Shown here: positions 20,522 through 32,354 of the stretch, one piece after another | Position numbering within the stretch: position 1 is the first letter of the stretch | Layout: the number at the start of each line of letters is the position of its first letter | Assembly: GCA_023484045.1 (NCBI GenBank) | Contig: JAMDAA010000018.1 | Location: 4 to 64,003, forward strand | Direction: 5' to 3' | Length of the DNA: 64,000 nt | Origin: Patescibacteria group bacterium | GTDB taxonomy: Bacteria; Patescibacteriota; Microgenomatia; Levybacterales; UBA12049 | Notes under the pieces: model-generated | Told to the model about the DNA's origin: nothing | Databases searched by the model: none | What the model saw: only the letters and a program-made list of their open reading frames with translations | Made by a program: the position numbers and the translations under genes

Positions 20522-20676
20522 GCACAAACTTCAGCGATGGCGGGCAGGCAAAGTCCCGCCTGCGGCCTACCATTAGACGACCCAGCAATACTCCTTAATG
20601 ATACCAAATTAGGCTTCGCGCTTCAATCCGATCAACATATATTGACTTAGTTTGATAGCTGTGTTTTAATCTGAAC

Positions 20677-21450
20677 ATGGACCAGGAACAAAACAAAATA
20701 GAGGAAAAGGAAGGGAAACAGGAAAACAAAAATTATGTCAAAATTCCGACACAGCTTTTTATATTTATAGGACTGGCTGTATTATTAATTATAATTTTAA
20801 TCGTCGGATTTTATCTTGGTTCAAATTACGGAAAAAATAATCAAAAAAGCGCACAACCAACTCCTGTTACGAAAGTCTCTCCGACGATTCAAGTAACACT
20901 GACGTCGACTCAAATTACACCAACTGTGTCTTTGCCCGAAAGTTCAAATCCAAACGTAAAAAGATTTATATCAGACATTTTGGGGATTTCGTTTACATAC
21001 CTTGAGAATCAGGACAACGGGAAAATATTAGCAAAAGAAGTCGGAAACAAAGTTTATGTTTATCCTTCAAATCTCCCTGAAACAACCGGACAATACGTAG
21101 AGGTAATGAGTAAAGACAAAAATAATACGCTCGAGCAGGCGCTCAGAAAATCGATTTTAAAAGGTTATTCCCAAGCTAATTGTCTTTTAAAACCGGTTAA
21201 TTTAAATAATGGCAATCCAGATTATGTTACGATCGAAATCGTCGTCCCGATAACCGATAATGATGATTTGTCAACGATCGATGAAAAGGCAAAAAAATGT
21301 CCGCCAAAATACACAGCGACTAATGGACAAGCCTATTTTCTGGAAGATAAAAATCATCCCGATAGAATGCTTTTCTTTTCGATCGGTCAATACGCGATAA
21401 TGTCCGAAGGCGGCAAAACGTGGCAGGAAACTATAAAAATATTTAAATAA
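20677..21450 (+). CDS. hypothetical membrane-anchored protein (N-terminal TM, extracytoplasmic)
   Basis: 257 aa ORF, TM helix residues ~25-47, Cys pair near C-terminus. Confidence 0.45.
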   Translation: MDQEQNKIEEKEGKQENKNYVKIPTQLFIFIGLAVLLIIILIVGFYLGSNYGKNNQKSAQPTPVTKVSPTIQVTLTSTQITPTVSLPESSNPNVKRFISDILGISFTYLENQDNGKILAKEVGNKVYVYPSNLPETTGQYVEVMSKDKNNTLEQALRKSILKGYSQANCLLKPVNLNNGNPDYVTIEIVVPITDNDDLSTIDEKAKKCPPKYTATNGQAYFLEDKNHPDRMLFFSIGQYAIMSEGGKTWQETIKIFK

Positions 21451-21453
21451 AAA

Positions 21454-21702
21454 TTATTTTAAGTAAACTAGTGTTCCTTCTTTGGCTTTTTGATTAATTT
21501 TTATTCCGACTTCGTCGCCAGACTTTCCGGCTTCGATCTGTGCATGTTCGACTTGCATCGATTCGACAACCTGCTCGAAAGTGTTATCGCCTTTAACAAA
21601 TTTGATTTTATCTCCAACCTTTAAAGGTTTTGTGAGTTTTATGATCGCGACTCCGACTTTATCGTAATAATGCGTTACTTTACCCAATGCGTCTTTATCC
21701 AA
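21454..21702 (-). CDS. small beta-barrel protein (EF-Tu domain-2 / KOW-like)
   Basis: 82 aa; strong SD 'gaggaggtgaaac' 8 nt upstream; 'GDKIKFVKGDNTFEQVVESMQVEH..IEAGKSGDEVGIKI' resembles translation-factor beta-barrel domain. Confidence 0.4.
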   Translation of the reverse strand: MDKDALGKVTHYYDKVGVAIIKLTKPLKVGDKIKFVKGDNTFEQVVESMQVEHAQIEAGKSGDEVGIKINQKAKEGTLVYLK

Positions 21703-21847
21703 AAAGTTTCACCTCCTCTCGCTAGAAACTCTTAACGAGTTTCATCGAGTATTAGAGTTTCTTGCGTCCGCCTTAAAACGCTCCGTGAGCCGTGTACGAA
21801 TAGTACAAGAAGACGAACGGCAAGTTTAGGCGGGCATATCAATAATA

Positions 21848-22417
21848 TTATTTTCGCCAGTACAAACCTATTATCTGTGCCTGATCGATTATGTGTCCCG
21901 TCATCGCCTTTTCGATTTCCGACCTTCGGGGCGCGCTTTTTAGATTCAACATCGTGTCCAAAGCGAATAATTTGAATACATAGTGATGAGCACCACTTGG
22001 TGGACACGGGGCAACATAACCTGCGTTCCCGATCGACGTTTTTCCTTCATACGCGCCTTTTGACGTAGAATTTTCCTGAATTTCTCTGACCGAGGGATTG
22101 ATATCGTAAACAACCCAATGAGTAAATGTTCCGCTCGGTGCGTCCGGGTCTTCGACAAATAAAACAAAACTTTTAGTATTTTGCGGCACATCTGAAATTA
22201 CTAGCGGGGGATTAATACCGCGTCCGTCACAAGAATATTGAACGGGTAAATTTGAGTTATCCTGAAAAGCAGGACTAGTAATTTTCATATTTGTTTTCTG
22301 TAGATTTTGAGTTTCTGAACTTTCTTTATTAATTATAGAACCAAAATAAAATTTTACAATAAGAAGGATTACAAAAATTAAGAGAAGAAAAACACCAATT
22401 AAAATTACGCGTTTCAT
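21848..22417 (-). CDS. YbhB/YbcL family phosphatidylethanolamine-binding (PEBP) protein, membrane-anchored
   Basis: 'DPDAPSGTFTHWVVYDI', 'GYVAPCPPSGAHHYVFKLFALD' PEBP signature. Confidence 0.8.
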   Translation of the reverse strand: MKRVILIGVFLLLIFVILLIVKFYFGSIINKESSETQNLQKTNMKITSPAFQDNSNLPVQYSCDGRGINPPLVISDVPQNTKSFVLFVEDPDAPSGTFTHWVVYDINPSVREIQENSTSKGAYEGKTSIGNAGYVAPCPPSGAHHYVFKLFALDTMLNLKSAPRRSEIEKAMTGHIIDQAQIIGLYWRK

Positions 22418-22420
22418 TAC

Positions 22421-22487
22421 GAGGTGAGCGGGTGACCGTACTTCGCTCGAACCTATATAAGTATATCACGTCAGAATTAATATCACA
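22421..22487. repeat. dispersed repeat module B, copy 1 (ggtgaccgtacYtYgctcgaacc ... gtatatcacgYcagaattaat)
   Basis: near-identical to 25927..26019, partial copy at 25375..25415. Confidence 0.6.
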
Positions 22488-22543
22488 GCTAAATGCCTTA
22501 AAAAAGCATTTTGCAAGTAAAAAGCTTTAAGAAAATCAAATTG

Positions 22544-23560
22544 TCAAAGTTTCCTTACGGTAACATCTTTTAGGTACTGATTTTGGAAATTTGTTTTATC
22601 TCCAATTTTAGCTTTACCATCAGAAACAAATCTCACTGATAAAGACTTCTGATATTTATTTGATAATCCTTGTACAAGCCGTAAAATTTGAGCAACTCTT
22701 TGAGGATCCTCATTAATACCAATAGGATAAGTGTCAATTCCTAAACCGGAATGTAAAGATAAAAATACATTTCTTTCTACAAAAAAATTCCCTTGTTCAT
22801 ATTCTTCAGCTAATTCGAAATCCTCAAGACAGGGCAACATTAAACCGCACAAGCCAACTGGTTTAGGATTATGTTTTTTGAGAAATTCTGTTATTTGTAT
22901 GTATGTATCTGTAGTTACTGATTGATCGAAGGAGAAGCCAAGTCTTTTTATGAAATTTACTAAACTTCCTTTTCCATCAAATATAGGCGCAATCGAAGAA
23001 TCAATGCCTAGAAAATCAGGATGACTACCAAACATTTTATACAATTTATCCCAACTCGCTTTAACTTTTTGCAACCACTCATCCAGAGTTGTGCAGCCTT
23101 CTGAAAGATCGGTTGCCTGCAGGCCTATCGCAAATCCGTTTCTTTCATATGCCGACGAAGGAAAATAGGGACTTGATGGTTTATTGTTAAACACATACGC
23201 AAAATTAAATGTTAAACCGGGCTTATTTTTTAATAGTTCAAATAAAACTTGACTGTGAGAAGCGCCTATTGATTCGGTTGTAAGATCAATGTTAAAAGAT
23301 ACCGTCTCGGTTTCATAAAAATCTGGTAAATTATTTAAAGTTTGCTGAAGTAATAATGGACCTACACCCAAAAGAATAGTCATATCACCAATACGATCTT
23401 CTAATTCTCTTGGATTTTTAAACGGAGAACAAATTCTTCTTGTTTGCACTTCATATCCCTGTTCGGTTATTTTCGCAGCTAACTCATTAACCTTGCTAAC
23501 CGCTTGCTGATCGGGTGTACTTGTAAAATAACAGACCGATCTGACCACTTCATTGCTCAT
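22544..23560 (-). CDS. hypothetical protein (338 aa)
   Basis: long ORF, AT-rich codon usage consistent with host; no domain recognised. Confidence 0.45.
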   Translation of the reverse strand: MSNEVVRSVCYFTSTPDQQAVSKVNELAAKITEQGYEVQTRRICSPFKNPRELEDRIGDMTILLGVGPLLLQQTLNNLPDFYETETVSFNIDLTTESIGASHSQVLFELLKNKPGLTFNFAYVFNNKPSSPYFPSSAYERNGFAIGLQATDLSEGCTTLDEWLQKVKASWDKLYKMFGSHPDFLGIDSSIAPIFDGKGSLVNFIKRLGFSFDQSVTTDTYIQITEFLKKHNPKPVGLCGLMLPCLEDFELAEEYEQGNFFVERNVFLSLHSGLGIDTYPIGINEDPQRVAQILRLVQGLSNKYQKSLSVRFVSDGKAKIGDKTNFQNQYLKDVTVRKL

Positions 23561-23686
23561 GGTTTATTGTCCCAGATTTTAAATAATCTTTATTTTCCCA
23601 ATGTTTTTCGCCATAATAATTCGCCCAGGTTCCTTAGCCGATAATTTGAGCAGGTTTTTGGACAACCTAATAGATTTAAATGATTT

Positions 23687-24520
23687 CTATTTACTTTCAA
23701 TAAGTTTTAGCTCTTTTGCATTTTTCTTTGTTATTACCTTTTTACCACTTTTTGATTCAATTTGCCTTCTGGCATTTCCAGCAATAGTTCCGCCTTCTTT
23801 AGCAACTTTTCTATTCTCTGGAAAGGTTTTTGGTTTACGTTTTTGAGAAATTTCTGTAGTAGCGGTTTCTGCCAACATATTAAGAACCAGTTCTAAATTT
23901 GTCATGTTATCCCGCAGGTTTTCTTTCTTCATTCCTTTGAGATTTTTATACTGTTTCGTGGTCATGCCTGTCCAAGCAATAGTAATATCGTCTGTTAAAA
24001 TGGCAAATTCGCTGGTTTCTTTTACTCCTCGCATTTCCCATTCATCCGTTAGAGCTTTCCTTATCTCAATACTTTTTAGGCGTTGATTGATCCAATCTTT
24101 ACTATAACCTTTTCTTAGATATGTTTGTAAGGCACGGTTAATTGCTAATTCGGGATCATGGGCTTCTTCGATACGCTCATATCCAACTCGAGCTAGCCAT
24201 AATTTAAAAGGCTCTGCATTAGGGGATGGAATAGATTGGATTATACGAAGCATGACTTCGGTATCGGCCACGTCTGTTAGATAAAACTTTCCATCAGCTG
24301 CCTGCATTTTTAGTTGTCCGATTTTTTCGGACAACTCACTTCCTTCCATCTTAAGCTTCCTCTTCAAATCATCCCAATACTTCCTAGGCCTTGAGGTTTG
24401 TGCTAAAACCTCCACTACGTCTACAACTGAAAAATACCACTTCTCCTCTTTGTCATTCCAGTGGCGACGGATCCTTCTCCCCTCAAAAATGGCAATTTTG
24501 GAAACCTTAGTCACAGCCAT
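23687..24520 (-). CDS. Bro-N domain protein (phage antirepressor-like N-terminal domain)
   Basis: N-terminal 'IAIFEGRRIRRHWNDKEEKWYFSVVDVVEVL' fits the Bro-N consensus; Lys-rich C-terminus. Confidence 0.65.
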   Translation of the reverse strand: MAVTKVSKIAIFEGRRIRRHWNDKEEKWYFSVVDVVEVLAQTSRPRKYWDDLKRKLKMEGSELSEKIGQLKMQAADGKFYLTDVADTEVMLRIIQSIPSPNAEPFKLWLARVGYERIEEAHDPELAINRALQTYLRKGYSKDWINQRLKSIEIRKALTDEWEMRGVKETSEFAILTDDITIAWTGMTTKQYKNLKGMKKENLRDNMTNLELVLNMLAETATTEISQKRKPKTFPENRKVAKEGGTIAGNARRQIESKSGKKVITKKNAKELKLIESK

Positions 24521-24701
24521 ATTTTAGCAGATTCTTTGGTGGATAATTACACGGATTTTTGCTATAGTCAGGATACCGAATGATCCCTGTAGTGAAAGTA
24601 CCTTATTATTAGGGAGCGCATGTCGGCACTGGCAACAGATGACCGTCTTGGCTACAGGGATCTCCTTTTATTTTGTTCCATCCTTATAGTATCATTTATT
24701 T

Positions 24702-25220
24702 ATGAGCAAATATGTTTTCAAACCCTATGATCCTATTTTCCCTATTCTTTTTGAGAATGAAAAGAAACGATTATTATCTTATCTGACGGGTAATTATAGG
24801 ATTGAACATATTGGAAGTACTGCTATACCAAACTTAGGTGGCAAAGGAATTATTGATATTGCAATTGCTATACGTAAAGAACAAATGCAGAATTTTTGTC
24901 AGAATTTGCAAAAAGCAGGATATACTTATGAACCTGAAGACGGGACAAATGAGAGAATGTTCTTCTGGCAAGACTTATTAGATACGTTAGAAAGTAACAG
25001 AAGATACCATATACATTTAACTTTTCCAGAAAGTGACGAATGGAAGCGAGTATTATTGTTTAGAGACTACTTAAAAAAGCATCCGAGTGAAGCAAAAAAG
25101 TACGCTGATATTAAGAAGAAAGCTGTAAACGAAATTAATGTTAATAAAGAAAAATATATGGCTGCAAAATCACCTCTAATGGAAGAACTATTAAAAAAAG
25201 CATCTACCGAAAAATTCTAA
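24702..25220 (+). CDS. GrpB family protein (UPF0157, nucleotidyltransferase-like)
   Basis: 'RIEHIGSTAIPNLGGKGIIDIAIAI' GrpB signature. Confidence 0.75.
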   Translation: MSKYVFKPYDPIFPILFENEKKRLLSYLTGNYRIEHIGSTAIPNLGGKGIIDIAIAIRKEQMQNFCQNLQKAGYTYEPEDGTNERMFFWQDLLDTLESNRRYHIHLTFPESDEWKRVLLFRDYLKKHPSEAKKYADIKKKAVNEINVNKEKYMAAKSPLMEELLKKASTEKF

Positions 25221-25486
25221 AAGGTCCGATTCTTGCCTCACGGTATGTTTTTCTTGAGGCTAGCAAAATTCCTCTAAAAATTTAGGCTCGAACCCTTCGG
25301 CAAACTCAGGGCTGTAGCTAGAAAATGTTGCTTTGAAGGGTAAAATTGGAAGGTTTCAAAAACCATTTCGGTCTGGAGCCGGTGACCGTACTTTGCTCGA
25401 ACCTGCGAGGTTTAATTACTCCAGATCTAATTTTACAACTTAATGTTCTTAAAGCCCATATAAAAATTAAAAGCTTTACTGATTTT

Positions 25487-25894
25487 TTAAATGATTTCTA
25501 AAATTGCGTCTTTATAAAACTGTGGCATCCGCAGCTCTTTTAGCTCTTGTTTGCTAAAAGCTTTAAATTCTGAAATGCCTGCTTCACCATTGAGCTCAAA
25601 AGAGTCTGATTTATTTTCTAAAAGACAATTATAAATAAGCACCAAAACACCATTCACTTCGTCATGAGTTCTTTCTCCACCCAAAAGATATGCTTTTATC
25701 AAGCTTTGAGGCTTAACATCAAACCCTAATTCTTCAAGAAGTTCTCGGGTCACTGTTAGTTCTGGTTGTTCACCAGCATCTAACTTTCCTCCAGGTAATT
25801 CCCATTCATTTCTTTCATTTTTTCTCAGCCAAACTTTGTTATTTTCAATAACAATGCCTTTAACCGAGATGGGAATAAGGTAAGATTTATACAT
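25487..25894 (-). CDS. NUDIX hydrolase
   Basis: Nudix box 'GGKLDAGEQPELTVTRELLEELGFDV'. Confidence 0.75.
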   Translation of the reverse strand: MYKSYLIPISVKGIVIENNKVWLRKNERNEWELPGGKLDAGEQPELTVTRELLEELGFDVKPQSLIKAYLLGGERTHDEVNGVLVLIYNCLLENKSDSFELNGEAGISEFKAFSKQELKELRMPQFYKDAILEII

Positions 25895-25926
25895 TAATGT
25901 AATTTTCTATACATTTCTGTCACTTT

Positions 25927-26019
25927 TGGAGCTGGTAACCGTACCTCGCTCGAACTCGCCTCGCTTCGCGGTCGAAGCGGGCCTATCAAAGTATATCACG
26001 CCAGAATTAATCCTACAGT
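25927..26019. repeat. dispersed repeat module B, copy 3 (full)
   Basis: see 22421..22487. Confidence 0.6.
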
Positions 26020-26054
26020 TAGTTACCCTTAAAGAACATTTAAAGATTAAAGTT

Positions 26055-26399
26055 TTATTGGGTACCAAAAGCTGGTTGATTAACTATTATGGCTTTGAAT
26101 GTACCCTTCATTTCGTATTTAGTTCCTTTTTCTACATAACAAACATCACCGACATTTAGTGTAACTTCCTCATTATTGAATACCAAAATTAAATTTCCCT
26201 CAAGAACATAATAAATCCGATTGTAATAAGCTGTCTCTTTTTCGTAATAATCTGTGGCTTCTGTTGTGGCCAAGGAAACATCTTTGGAAATATCTTTAGT
26301 AATAAAGCTTATTGCGATTTTATTGTCGGCAATTTTTCTTATTGTTACCTCGGACTTTCTAACAACTTTAAACATGTTTATAATTTTCTCCTTCCCCAA
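26055..26399 (-). CDS. cupin domain protein
   Basis: 'YYVLEGNLILVFNNEEVTLNVGDVCYVEKGTKYEMKG' cupin motifs. Confidence 0.65.
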   Translation of the reverse strand: MGKEKIINMFKVVRKSEVTIRKIADNKIAISFITKDISKDVSLATTEATDYYEKETAYYNRIYYVLEGNLILVFNNEEVTLNVGDVCYVEKGTKYEMKGTFKAIIVNQPAFGTQ

Positions 26400-26667
26400 G
26401 GGTTCTTTTTAAAGCTTTCTTGAGATTGTCTCTTCCAAACCCGCTTTTTAGAAAAACTTCGCGAGCTTTTGCGTCTTTTTCGTTGATAAAATATTCATAA
26501 TGAACAAGCTTAAGCGGTCTTCTGTTGGCTGTGGAACTTACTTCGCCTCGAGCATGTCTCAAAAGTCGATCTTTTAAATCAGCAGTATAACCAGTGTAAA
26601 ACTTTTTGTCTTTAAGACTAATAAGATTGTACACGTAGTATTTATTATTAGAACGTCTAACGTTCAT
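26368..26667 (-). CDS. GIY-YIG nuclease family protein, copy 3
   Basis: 'YYVYNLISLKDKKFYTGYTADLKDRLLRH' GIY-YIG motif; 99 aa. Confidence 0.75.
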   Translation of the reverse strand: MNVRRSNNKYYVYNLISLKDKKFYTGYTADLKDRLLRHARGEVSSTANRRPLKLVHYEYFINEKDAKAREVFLKSGFGRDNLKKALKRTLGEGENYKHV

Positions 26668-26741
26668 TAACTTTATATAATGATTTGCCCAGTCTGACTG
26701 GGCTCCTCGTCATCCTCGGTGAAACCGAGTTTGACTCGGTG

Positions 26742-26813
26742 AGCGGTGGACCGGATTCGAACCGGCGACATCTTCCTTGGCAAGGAAGCATTCTACCACT
26801 GAATTACCACCGC
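26742..26813 (-). tRNA. tRNA-Gly (anticodon GCC)
   Basis: manual fold: acceptor GCGGTGG/CCACCGC, anticodon stem CTTCC/GGAAG with loop TTGCCAA, T arm GCCGG-TTCGAAT-CCGGT. Confidence 0.8.
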
Positions 26814-26902
26814 GATTCGATCAAATAATACCAATTTCGCATCTCATTGTCAAAAAGTATCTAGCTCAGCAAAATCTCAGTTTGCTATAATTAAATTAAT
26901 TT

Positions 26903-27703
26903 ATGGACAATAATATCATTCAGGTTAAAAACCTCACGAAAAAATTTAAAGAATTCATCGCTGTTAATAACGTTTCGTTCGAAGTAAAAAAGAATGAGAT
27001 TTTCGCATTTTTGGGCCCAAACGGTGCCGGAAAAACTACAACAATAAAAATGCTTACAACTCTTCTTGATCCGACGAGCGGCGAAATTTTTTTGAATGGA
27101 TTCGACGCGCTAAAAGAGAAGAACGAAGCGCGCAAGTCTTTTGGAATCGTTTTTCAGGATCCGAGTCTCGACGACGAATTAACAGCTTTTGAAAACATGC
27201 AGTTTCACGCGGTTTTATACAATGTTAAAACAAATTCGCTCAGACAAAAGATAATCGAACTTTTGGATTTCGTCGAACTTCAAGACCGAAAAGATGCGCT
27301 TGTTAAAACTTTTTCGGGCGGAATGAAAAGAAGGCTCGAAATCGCAAGGGGATTATTGCATCACCCTAAAATTTTGTTTTTGGATGAACCGACGCTGGGT
27401 CTTGATCCACAAACGAGGAACAAAATCTGGGACTACATTAAAAATCTGAATAAAACAGAAGGAATAACCGTTTTTTTTACGACCCATTACATGGAAGAGG
27501 CAGAAAACATCGCGCAAAGGGTTGCGATAATCGACCACGGAAAAATTGTCGCAAAGGAAACTCCAGAGCAGCTTAAAAAATTGACAAAAAGTACTTCGCT
27601 TGAGAAAGCGTTTTTGGCGCTAACCGGAAAAAAAATTCGAGACGAAGAAGTAACCGGACAGGATATAATGAGAAACCACCGGAGAATGTGGAGGCATCGT
27701 TAA
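26903..27703 (+). CDS. ABC transporter ATP-binding protein (ABC-2 type)
   Basis: Walker A 'GPNGAGKTT', signature 'FSGGMKRRLEIA', Walker B 'ILFLDEPT'. Confidence 0.85.
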   Translation: MDNNIIQVKNLTKKFKEFIAVNNVSFEVKKNEIFAFLGPNGAGKTTTIKMLTTLLDPTSGEIFLNGFDALKEKNEARKSFGIVFQDPSLDDELTAFENMQFHAVLYNVKTNSLRQKIIELLDFVELQDRKDALVKTFSGGMKRRLEIARGLLHHPKILFLDEPTLGLDPQTRNKIWDYIKNLNKTEGITVFFTTHYMEEAENIAQRVAIIDHGKIVAKETPEQLKKLTKSTSLEKAFLALTGKKIRDEEVTGQDIMRNHRRMWRHR

Positions 27704-27704
27704 T

Positions 27705-28451
27705 ATGAACGCGATTTATATTTTGTGGCTTCGTCAACTCAAAAGATATTTCAGGGCAAAAGCGCGAATTATCGGGTCGCTCGGTCAACCGCTACTTTTT
27801 TTGATCGCTTTGGGTTTTGGTTTCGGCCCGATTTACCAAAAAGCAGGGCAGGGGAATTATCTCGATTTTATCACGCCCGGAATTATCGCGATGAGTATCC
27901 TTTTTACATCGGTATTTTTCGGTATCGAAATTATTTGGGATAAACAATTCGGGTTTTTAAAAGAGACTTTAGTCGCGCCTGTATCGAGATTTAATATTAT
28001 GCTCGGAAGAACATTGGGTGGGGCGACTGTTTCAACGCTTCAAGGAGTGATCGTTTTAGTGCTTTCGACAATTTTTGGTTTTAGATTTCATAATCTTGCG
28101 ATGTTACCAGTCGCGCTTCTTTTTATGTTTTTAATCGCGCTCGTTTTTACGGGTCTTGGGACCGCGATCGGGTCAAAACTCGATGACATGCAGGGATTTC
28201 AGTTAATTATGAATTTTTTGATAATGCCACTTTTTTTCTTGTCGGGCGCGCTTTTCCCGCTGAGTGGATTGCCAAAAGCGTTAGTAATTGTCGCGTCGAT
28301 CGATCCATTGAGCTACGGGATCGACGGAATCCGCGGGGCCTTGGTCGGCGCTTCCCATTTTAATATGTTTGTCGATTTCGGGGTTTTAGGAATTTTGACT
28401 GTAATACTTTTGGCGCTTGGCGCTTATTTTTTCTCCAAGGTTCAGATATAG
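27705..28451 (+). CDS. ABC-2 family transporter permease
   Basis: 6 TM helices, adjacent to and overlapping the ATPase gene. Confidence 0.75.
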   Translation: MNAIYILWLRQLKRYFRAKARIIGSLGQPLLFLIALGFGFGPIYQKAGQGNYLDFITPGIIAMSILFTSVFFGIEIIWDKQFGFLKETLVAPVSRFNIMLGRTLGGATVSTLQGVIVLVLSTIFGFRFHNLAMLPVALLFMFLIALVFTGLGTAIGSKLDDMQGFQLIMNFLIMPLFFLSGALFPLSGLPKALVIVASIDPLSYGIDGIRGALVGASHFNMFVDFGVLGILTVILLALGAYFFSKVQI

Positions 28452-28885
28452 TCGTTTACTCTGAACGAACATTGTTCCGTTTCACGGGATGCCTTGAACA
28501 CTTAAACCCTCTGCATTGTGTCGAAGCGGTGAATCGAACACCGATAACGTGTTCTTCAGACACGCGCCTTGACCACGTTGGCAACTTCGACAGATTCGAC
28601 TCCGCTCACTGTCTAGCGGAATCAATCAGGCTCCATGCTAATTCGTATGGTCAACCCTGAGCCCGTCGAAGGGTGACCACGTTGGCAACTTCGACAATCA
28701 ACTAATTATACCAAATGAACTCAAAAATTCCTATACGAAGAGGGAAGAGAAATACATGTCTCATAAGGAGTATCCTTATATGCGTAAACATCTGATCGCA
28801 CAGGGATACTCCTTGTTGAATTTGTTGAATTATTTTATCCCTTCGTCCCAAAAATTTCCCAAATTTTTGGTATACTAACCCAAAT

Positions 28886-29920
28886 ATGAAAAAATCAAAC
28901 ATGTATGAAAAATTATTGTCCAGGGATTTTTCTCTTCCTTCAGTTGAAGCATGGGTTAATGGCGAAGTAGCAAGTGCCAAGAAGTGGATGAAAAACGAAC
29001 AGTCATTACTTCCATACATTATTGCTGAAAGATCTGATAATACTGTCCATTTTTATTATGATTTAGGAGGACCCATTTCGCTCCCAGGCTATTTGATTAA
29101 ACGAGCTCGAGAAGATAAGGCTTTCATTCCCCAAATTGCAAAAACTGTTGTAAGCAATATACCTTTTATTAGGTCTGTCTACGAAAAAGAACAAGCGGTT
29201 GACTTGGATCAATTAAAAAGATTTATGAGACAACTTAAAGAAGCATACTTCTATTGTAATGCAATGTGGCTATTTGCTGACATGGACGAAGATAAGGTTA
29301 AAGGATTAAATTTGGAAAGGTTAAATACAGTAAGAAAGATGACAGAAAGATTATGCGACAGTTCCGATATGGTTATTCGGAAATCCCTTCTCAAGATATA
29401 TCCGCAACTTGGAGAGCTATCTTCAGTTTTACTGACTGATGAAATCGACTCAAGAACTGTTCCAACAGTAAAAATACTTGAGGGCCGATATAACGGTTAT
29501 TTCTATACGAATAATCAATTATTTGCAAGTGTTGATAAGTCATTTGTTTCAAAAAAGTTTCGTCTTCATTTCAAGAATATAAAAGTTAAAAAAACAAAAG
29601 AACTTAAAGGGAACGTTGCTCAACGGGGAATAGCGAAAGGATTTGTCCGAATACTTATGGGACACCGACAAATTACTGAAGTTCAAAAAGGCGAGATAAT
29701 TATTTCACCAATGACAATACCCGACTTTTTACCGGCCATGAAAAAAGCCTCGGCATTTGTAACAGATGAGGGTGGAATCCTTTGTCACGCCGCAATTGTT
29801 GCCAGAGAACTTCGAAAACCATGCATAGTAGGAACACGAATTGCCACTGAAGTTTTCAAAAATGGCGATTATGTAGAAGTAGACGCTTATAGAGGAATTA
29901 TAAAACTAATCGAACATTAG
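28886..29920 (+). CDS. PEP-utilising enzyme mobile-domain protein (PEP synthase / PPDK-like C-terminal phospho-histidine domain)
   Basis: C-terminal 'GIAKGFVRIL.....TEVQKGEIIISPMTIPDFLPAMKKASAFVTDEGGILCHAAIVARELRKPCIVG' matches PF00391-type domain; N-terminal 240 aa unknown. Confidence 0.6.
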   Translation: MKKSNMYEKLLSRDFSLPSVEAWVNGEVASAKKWMKNEQSLLPYIIAERSDNTVHFYYDLGGPISLPGYLIKRAREDKAFIPQIAKTVVSNIPFIRSVYEKEQAVDLDQLKRFMRQLKEAYFYCNAMWLFADMDEDKVKGLNLERLNTVRKMTERLCDSSDMVIRKSLLKIYPQLGELSSVLLTDEIDSRTVPTVKILEGRYNGYFYTNNQLFASVDKSFVSKKFRLHFKNIKVKKTKELKGNVAQRGIAKGFVRILMGHRQITEVQKGEIIISPMTIPDFLPAMKKASAFVTDEGGILCHAAIVARELRKPCIVGTRIATEVFKNGDYVEVDAYRGIIKLIEH

Positions 29921-29926
29921 ACTGGT

Positions 29927-32130
<2,204 letters not shown>

Positions 32131-32166
32131 AAAAAAGTGTCGACATGTGCATTATTATATCAAATG

Positions 32167-32238
32167 TGGGTACTGAGGGATTTGAACCCCCGACATCTTC
32201 GATGTAAACGAAGCGCTCTACCACTGAGCTAAGTACCC
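32167..32238 (-). tRNA. tRNA-Val (anticodon TAC)
   Basis: manual fold: GGGTACT-TA-GCTC-AGTGGTA-GAGC-G-CTTCG-TTTACAT-CGAAG-ATGTC-GGGGG-TTCAAAT-CCCTC-AGTACCC-A. Confidence 0.8.
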
Positions 32239-32354
32239 CAAACAGAATGGGTGCGGACGAGAGGACTTTCTTCGACTTCGCTCAGAATAAACTTCTCGTC
32301 CTCTCTTATCCTTCCGTTCAACAAACTCAAGCAACCCTGAGCTCGCCGAATGGG

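Noticed and set aside
20248-20607. Three 98-116 aa ORFs on both strands across the tRNA-Gln region
   Set aside because: They cover a tRNA and a GC-rich structured spacer; the open frames are a by-product of high GC and not coding.
28472-28660. 62-aa GC-rich ORF in the gap after the ABC permease
   Set aside because: Lies within direct-repeat/GC-rich element sequence; composition unlike host genes; likely noncoding.
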